64,000 bases of DNA, taken from positions 192,001 to 256,000 of the forward strand of contig JAHQWK010000001.1 of assembly GCA_029856145.1 (NCBI GenBank), in the 5' to 3' direction. This DNA is from Promethearchaeia archaeon (lineage in GTDB: Archaea > Asgardarchaeota > Lokiarchaeia > Sigyniarchaeales > SOKP01). A program made the translations under genes and the position numbers. Position 1 is the first letter of the stretch. Each line of letters begins with the position of its first letter. The notes under the pieces were generated by a model. It was given only the letters and a program-made list of their open reading frames with translations, searched no databases and was not told where the DNA came from. This document shows, piece by piece, positions 59,473 to 64,000 of the stretch.

Positions 59473-61884
59473 TTGGACTTTCAAGAACAATTTGATGGTT
59501 GGCTTTTGGATGTCTCCACTTATAGCAATGGAGTCATTCTTTGGGTCAAAACAGTAAAAGAACAAAAAGTTGTAAAAGTTTTTCATGACTTCTGCCCCGA
59601 ATTTTTCGCTGTGCCTAAAAGACATGCTGGCAAAGACTTCAAAAGACTAAAACAGATTCTCAAATCACACCACAATATAGAGAATGTAAGAATCTGTGAA
59701 AAATATGTGAAGCTGGAGGATCATGAAAAAACAAAAATATTTGGAGTTTCTGTAGTAAAACCTTCAGTTTTTAAGAAGACAATTAAAGAAATCGATGAAA
59801 TTGCCCTTTTTACTTTGTATAACACCGATCTTCCAATCTCTCAGATGTATTTCTATGTGAATGACTTATTTCCAATGTCTCTTTGCAGTTTCAGGGTCAA
59901 ACTTGAAAATAAGAGAAGAGCTGGAGCACACGCAATGCGTTTGATCTCCTTAGAATTAAATGATGACAACGAAGAACTGTTTTACGATTTACCTCCTCTA
60001 AAAGCTGTGTGGTTGGATATTAAAGTACAGCAGCGTGGGGTGAGATCATATTACAATGATCCTCTGCTATATGCAGAAGTCAGTATTGTTGAAAAAGATG
60101 AGAGGGCCAACATTCCAAGGGCAGATGGACAGAGAAAAAGAAAGATCCTAATTGATAAAGCTGATGAAGCTGAAACTATCAAGACAATTAGTAAAGTGAT
60201 TGAGAGATTAGATCCTGACATTATATTAACACATGGAGGAGATGAATTTGTATTTCCTTACTTAGCGGCTCGAGCATCAGTGAATCGAGTATCAAAGGAT
60301 TTATATTTTTCTCGCACTAGAACACCACTTAGAAATTGCATCTTTAATCTATCAGGAAATTCAGATCATTACATGTCATACGGAATAATAATGCGACGTT
60401 CTAAAACACAAGTTTACTTCACAGGACGCTTTCATTTAGACACTACTACTTATGGGAGTTTGCACTTTAGTGAGGGAAATATACCAGGTGTCATTGAAGT
60501 TGCGAGAATCTCTCGAGTGCCTATGCAAAGATTATGTAGAGTAACTATAGGAGGTGCCCTTCAATCTATTCAATACTATAATGCATATAAACTAGATCAT
60601 CTTATCCCACCTTTCAAGAAGAGTCCAGAAGATTTTCGAAGTGGTATGGACTTAATCATAAATGATCGAGGAGGTCATATATTTGAACCACTAATCGGAG
60701 TCTTTGATCAAGTTATAGAGTTAGATTTCTCTTCAATGTATCCGTCTTTAATGGCTAATTTTAACATTTCTTCAGAAACAATTAATTGTAAATGTTGTAA
60801 AGATGATGGAACTGGAATTAGGGTACCAGGGGGTGGAGGTTTTCATATTTGCTCCAAAAGACAAGGAATAATTTCGAAATCGATAAGCTTACCGTTGGGA
60901 AAGCGTCTCCAGTATAAAGAATATAATAAGACTCATGATGATCTTAGGTATAAATTCACTGATATTGCTCTAAAATGGGTACTTGTGGTCAGCTTTGGCT
61001 ATCTAGGATTCAAAAATGCTCGTTTTGGTAAAATTGAGGCTCATCAAACAGTTTGTGCTTTTGCTCGTGAGTTTCTGTTGAGATCCGCTGAGATTGCTAA
61101 AAATCATGGCTGTAAAGTCGTTCATGGAATTGTTGATTCAATGTGGCTTCAAGATACAGAAGGAAGAACTTCTGAAGAATTTGAAAAAGTAACGAGAATA
61201 GTTGCTGAAAAAATAACTGAACATACAAAAATTCCAATGAACTGGGATGGAAGATTTAATATAATCGTTTTCTTACCTTCTCGAGCAGAACCAGATATTC
61301 CCGCTCTCAGTCACTATTGGGGGATTAAAAATAACGGTGAAGTTAAGGTGAGAGGCATTGAAGTAAGACGTAGAGATATACCCAAAATAGTAAAAAATGC
61401 TCAATATGCCTTTATAGATATATTTCAGGGTGCAAAAACCATTGAGGAGTTCATGGAAAGAATTCCCGAAGCAAAGAAAAAACTTTATGAATATGTTGAA
61501 AGAACATACTCCGGAAAGCTGTCAAGAGAAGAACTTACAATTCGTCAAAGAATATCTCGCAAACCTTCTCAATATAAGGTTAATTCATACCAAGCAGTTG
61601 CAGCTAGACAATTAGAACGGTCTGGAGTCATAGCCTCACCTGGCAAGAATGTAAGATATATTATCCTTAATGCTGATGCAGATCCGAATTATCCTGAAAA
61701 AAAGGTGATCCTTTCAGATTTATATGATGAAAAGAAACATGAGTATGATAGAAAAAAGTATGTTGAACTATTGAAAAGAGCCTTTGAGAACATATTTCCT
61801 TTTGAATTCCCGGAGCTTGAGGTACTGCTTACATCAGACTATAATAAAAAATCTCTTCAAAAAGATCTGTCATGCTTTATTTGA
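59473..61884 (+). CDS. polB2: Family B DNA polymerase, PolB2 group
   Basis: Motif A ELDFSSMYPS, motif B LKWVLVVSFGYLG, motif C HGIVDS, RGIEVRRRD; ExoI degenerate (LDIKV); C-terminal QKDLSCFI PIP box. Confidence 0.93.
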   Translation: MDFQEQFDGWLLDVSTYSNGVILWVKTVKEQKVVKVFHDFCPEFFAVPKRHAGKDFKRLKQILKSHHNIENVRICEKYVKLEDHEKTKIFGVSVVKPSVFKKTIKEIDEIALFTLYNTDLPISQMYFYVNDLFPMSLCSFRVKLENKRRAGAHAMRLISLELNDDNEELFYDLPPLKAVWLDIKVQQRGVRSYYNDPLLYAEVSIVEKDERANIPRADGQRKRKILIDKADEAETIKTISKVIERLDPDIILTHGGDEFVFPYLAARASVNRVSKDLYFSRTRTPLRNCIFNLSGNSDHYMSYGIIMRRSKTQVYFTGRFHLDTTTYGSLHFSEGNIPGVIEVARISRVPMQRLCRVTIGGALQSIQYYNAYKLDHLIPPFKKSPEDFRSGMDLIINDRGGHIFEPLIGVFDQVIELDFSSMYPSLMANFNISSETINCKCCKDDGTGIRVPGGGGFHICSKRQGIISKSISLPLGKRLQYKEYNKTHDDLRYKFTDIALKWVLVVSFGYLGFKNARFGKIEAHQTVCAFAREFLLRSAEIAKNHGCKVVHGIVDSMWLQDTEGRTSEEFEKVTRIVAEKITEHTKIPMNWDGRFNIIVFLPSRAEPDIPALSHYWGIKNNGEVKVRGIEVRRRDIPKIVKNAQYAFIDIFQGAKTIEEFMERIPEAKKKLYEYVERTYSGKLSREELTIRQRISRKPSQYKVNSYQAVAARQLERSGVIASPGKNVRYIILNADADPNYPEKKVILSDLYDEKKHEYDRKKYVELLKRAFENIFPFEFPELEVLLTSDYNKKSLQKDLSCFI

Positions 61885-61900
61885 TTTTAAAAAAAAAAGT

Positions 61901-62446
61901 TTATGGAATTGAAAGTATTCCAAAGAAATCAAATATTATTATTATTAAACAGACTAATTCTAATAAGATCCAGAGATTGCGTTTTAAACTTCTAATCGCT
62001 CCTAGTGGTTTACCTGAATAGTTGATTATGTTATATATCAAAATAATTACCCAGGTAGTTACTAAAAAAGTAATTGGGAGTATCAATGCGATTAATTCAT
62101 GACTAGTAAAGAATAATAAGTATCCATAGCCAAGAATTGTAAATCCAGTTATAACTAATGTAAAACCAAGTCCAAATGAATATTCCGCGAACATCACAAA
62201 TCGTTTAATACGTTCTTCAGAAACATTTCCTAGGTTGGCTTCAAATTGAGCTTTAGAATTAGCCGATACAGAATTAACGAAAAAAATGAATGAAATCATT
62301 AATAAAAAGGTGGTCGTAACTTTAGTAGTAGGAGGAGGTTCTTGCCAAATTAAAGCCAAAATCGTCAGAACTGCACCAATCATAACTGTGCTAAGCACAA
62401 TCCAATCTCTTACGTTTATTTTTTGTATACGTTCTTCATTACTCAT
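61901..62446 (-). CDS. 5-TM hypothetical membrane protein
   Basis: Five hydrophobic segments. Confidence 0.75.
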   Translation of the reverse strand: MSNEERIQKINVRDWIVLSTVMIGAVLTILALIWQEPPPTTKVTTTFLLMISFIFFVNSVSANSKAQFEANLGNVSEERIKRFVMFAEYSFGLGFTLVITGFTILGYGYLLFFTSHELIALILPITFLVTTWVIILIYNIINYSGKPLGAIRSLKRNLWILLELVCLIIIIFDFFGILSIP

Positions 62447-62550
62447 TTTCTTAATCTTAAAATTTTTAGTTAATTAAAATTACTTGAGACTTAAAATTTA
62501 AAGATTATGATGTAGTCTGTTAAAAAAAATTAATAAAATGAAGAAAAAGA

Positions 62551-63174
62551 TTATTTAAAAGGTTGTCTTATTACAGTTTTCATATTTTCCGGCTTTGCTT
62601 TCCGTGGATCACTAAGATAGATTTCATGATGTTTTTTATCATGCCCATCAAACGCTCCACCGTGGGATTCAATAAATTTGTGTACTTTTTCAACAGTAGG
62701 ACCTTCTTCAGAATATGGGCCTATGTGCATAATTTGTGCTACTTTTCCTTCTTTATATTCTTCAAGACGAAGTTTTGAAATTATATTTGATAGCTCTGGT
62801 TTTTTTTCTAAGGTGCTTTCAATTACTTCATTAATTATTTCTTGAGTTATCCAATCAGGTTGCATGATCATCATAGTCCATTTCCACTTATCCCGGTTTC
62901 CCTCAGTAAAATCTTCCATGTTATCAGCCCACCAGAGGCCTTCCAAGGGAGGAACAACATAATCTTTACCTTTTGCTTTGCTCAAGAACTTTGTCTTAAA
63001 AGCCACTGGATATAAAGCGGCAAGGGCGTCTAAATATTCTTGAGAATCTCCAGGTGATCCCATTCCATCAATCATTAAGAATTGCATTTCAGGTACTTCA
63101 ACCAATACTACTTCTTTTGCACTTGGTAAATAAAAATTTTTCATTGATTTTTTAAAATCTACTTTCGTCGGCAC
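62551..63174 (-). CDS. GyrI-like small-molecule-binding domain protein
   Basis: FLMIDGMGSP, YVVPPLEGLWW, WKWTMMIMQP, QIMHIGPYSEE, HHEIYLSDPR. Confidence 0.9.
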   Translation of the reverse strand: MPTKVDFKKSMKNFYLPSAKEVVLVEVPEMQFLMIDGMGSPGDSQEYLDALAALYPVAFKTKFLSKAKGKDYVVPPLEGLWWADNMEDFTEGNRDKWKWTMMIMQPDWITQEIINEVIESTLEKKPELSNIISKLRLEEYKEGKVAQIMHIGPYSEEGPTVEKVHKFIESHGGAFDGHDKKHHEIYLSDPRKAKPENMKTVIRQPFK

Positions 63175-63450
63175 TTATTTCACCTATATATAGAGTGTAT
63201 TCCATTATAAGCAAATAAAAAACCCTTTAAAAATCGAAAATTCGAATATTTTTGTCGGACACTTCCCATCTAAACAATTCATGAAAGTAATCTTTTAAAT
63301 ATCTTTGCTAAACTAATTTTTTTGTTCTTTTGGCACGAATTATAGAATATAATGTTTAAATCTAAATAGACAAATTTGTATTATTTTTTTGGCTATTAGA
63401 AAACTAATACAGTGTATTAGTTTATTTTTAAAAAATATGAGTATAAAATT

Positions 63451-63609
63451 ATGTCAAAAGCAGTTTCGTATTATGATTGGGAATTATCATTCAAGAATAA
63501 AAATGAGTCAATTAAGGATATAAAAAACGATAATTTCAATGCAATTGGAATGTCTGATAATAATTTTAAAGATTATATTAAAAAGTGGAAAGAAAAAAAT
63601 CTTTCTTAA
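63451..63609 (+). CDS. Possible 52-aa small protein (not in ORF track)
   Basis: MSKAVSYYDWELSFKNKNESIKDIKNDNFNAIGMSDNNFKDYIKKWKEKNLS*; fills an intergenic gap. Confidence 0.4.
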   Translation: MSKAVSYYDWELSFKNKNESIKDIKNDNFNAIGMSDNNFKDYIKKWKEKNLS

Positions 63610-63629
63610 TGAAAGTTAAAAAAAAATAT

Positions 63630-64000
63630 TTATACTTCTTCTCCTCGTCTTTTAGCCTCGATATCTTTTAAGTCCTTTCTTAAAACTTTACCCACAAGCG
63701 ATTCAGGAAGTTCTTTCCGATATTCAATGAATTTTGGGATTTTATAGGGCGCAACATTTTGTCTTAGAAACTCCTTTATTTCCATCTTCATTTCATCTGT
63801 CTCATGAAATCCATCTTTTAATATTATATATGCCTTAACTTTTTCACTACCAGGAAGATCTGGATCTGGGATACCTATAATAGCAGCATTTTCAACAGCT
63901 TCATGTTCAAACAAAACATCTTCAAGTTCTCTAGGATATACTTTAAAACCACTGACGTTTATCATATCTTTCTTCCTATCAACAATATACATATACCCAT
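63630..64000 (-). CDS. Acyl-CoA synthetase, C-terminal part (runs off window end)
   Basis: DRKKDMINVSGFKVYPRELE, APYKIPK, GKVLRK. Confidence 0.92.
   Translation of the reverse strand, partial: GYMYIVDRKKDMINVSGFKVYPRELEDVLFEHEAVENAAIIGIPDPDLPGSEKVKAYIILKDGFHETDEMKMEIKEFLRQNVAPYKIPKFIEYRKELPESLVGKVLRKDLKDIEAKRRGEEV

Noticed and set aside
59473-61884. PolB as a casposon, viral or replicative polymerase
   Set aside because: GIVDS motif C, degenerate exonuclease and the small partner gene identify PolB2; no cas1, terminal inverted repeats or capsid genes
1783-62778. Short antisense or overlapping ORFs in the track (e.g. 1783, 5413, 6680, 17594, 20897, 36335, 43143, 50538, 52633, 55237, 62563)
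   Set aside because: They lie within well-supported genes on the other strand or frame and have no motifs; treated as shadow ORFs
1-64000. tRNA or rRNA genes
   Set aside because: No GC-rich stretch of suitable length or cloverleaf seen in any intergenic gap; tRNAscan-SE or Infernal would be needed to exclude them formally

Overview
AT-rich (roughly 28-30% GC by eye) archaeal chromosomal segment, almost certainly from an Asgard archaeon and most likely a Lokiarchaeon. This rests on inference from TFB, proteasome alpha, RFC, a Rab-like GTPase, longin/uDENN-like domains, a Loki-CTERM-type sorting tail with an archaeosortase, and many acyl-CoA/FAD oxidoreductase genes. I see no rRNA, tRNA, CRISPR array, transposase or integrase. 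Housekeeping content: aldehyde:ferredoxin oxidoreductase, pyk, fba, grpE-dnaK-dnaJ-tfb, pepT, fatty-acid activation genes and a lipid/redox cluster (FixC/X-like, two FAD oxidoreductases, CCG Fe-S protein, SCP2, AttH-like). The most interesting items are: (1) a GT87-like glycosyltransferase + PGF-tailed membrane protein + archaeosortase + geranylgeranyl reductase cassette, a candidate glycolipid (GPI-like) protein-anchoring system; (2) a co-oriented Rab-like GTPase - proteasome alpha - winged helix - 1525 aa poly-MIT/TPR-like scaffold cluster; (3) a three-gene RFC locus with a catalytically degenerate small subunit; (4) a receiver-uDENN/longin fusion; (5) a split PolB2 mutagenesis cassette whose PolB2 and dead RadA both end in PIP-like boxes. 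There are also several internally deleted or nonsense pseudogenes, unannotated zinc-finger microproteins, candidate operators and one gene that appears to need a non-canonical start codon. All family assignments come from motif recognition by eye; no database search was run.
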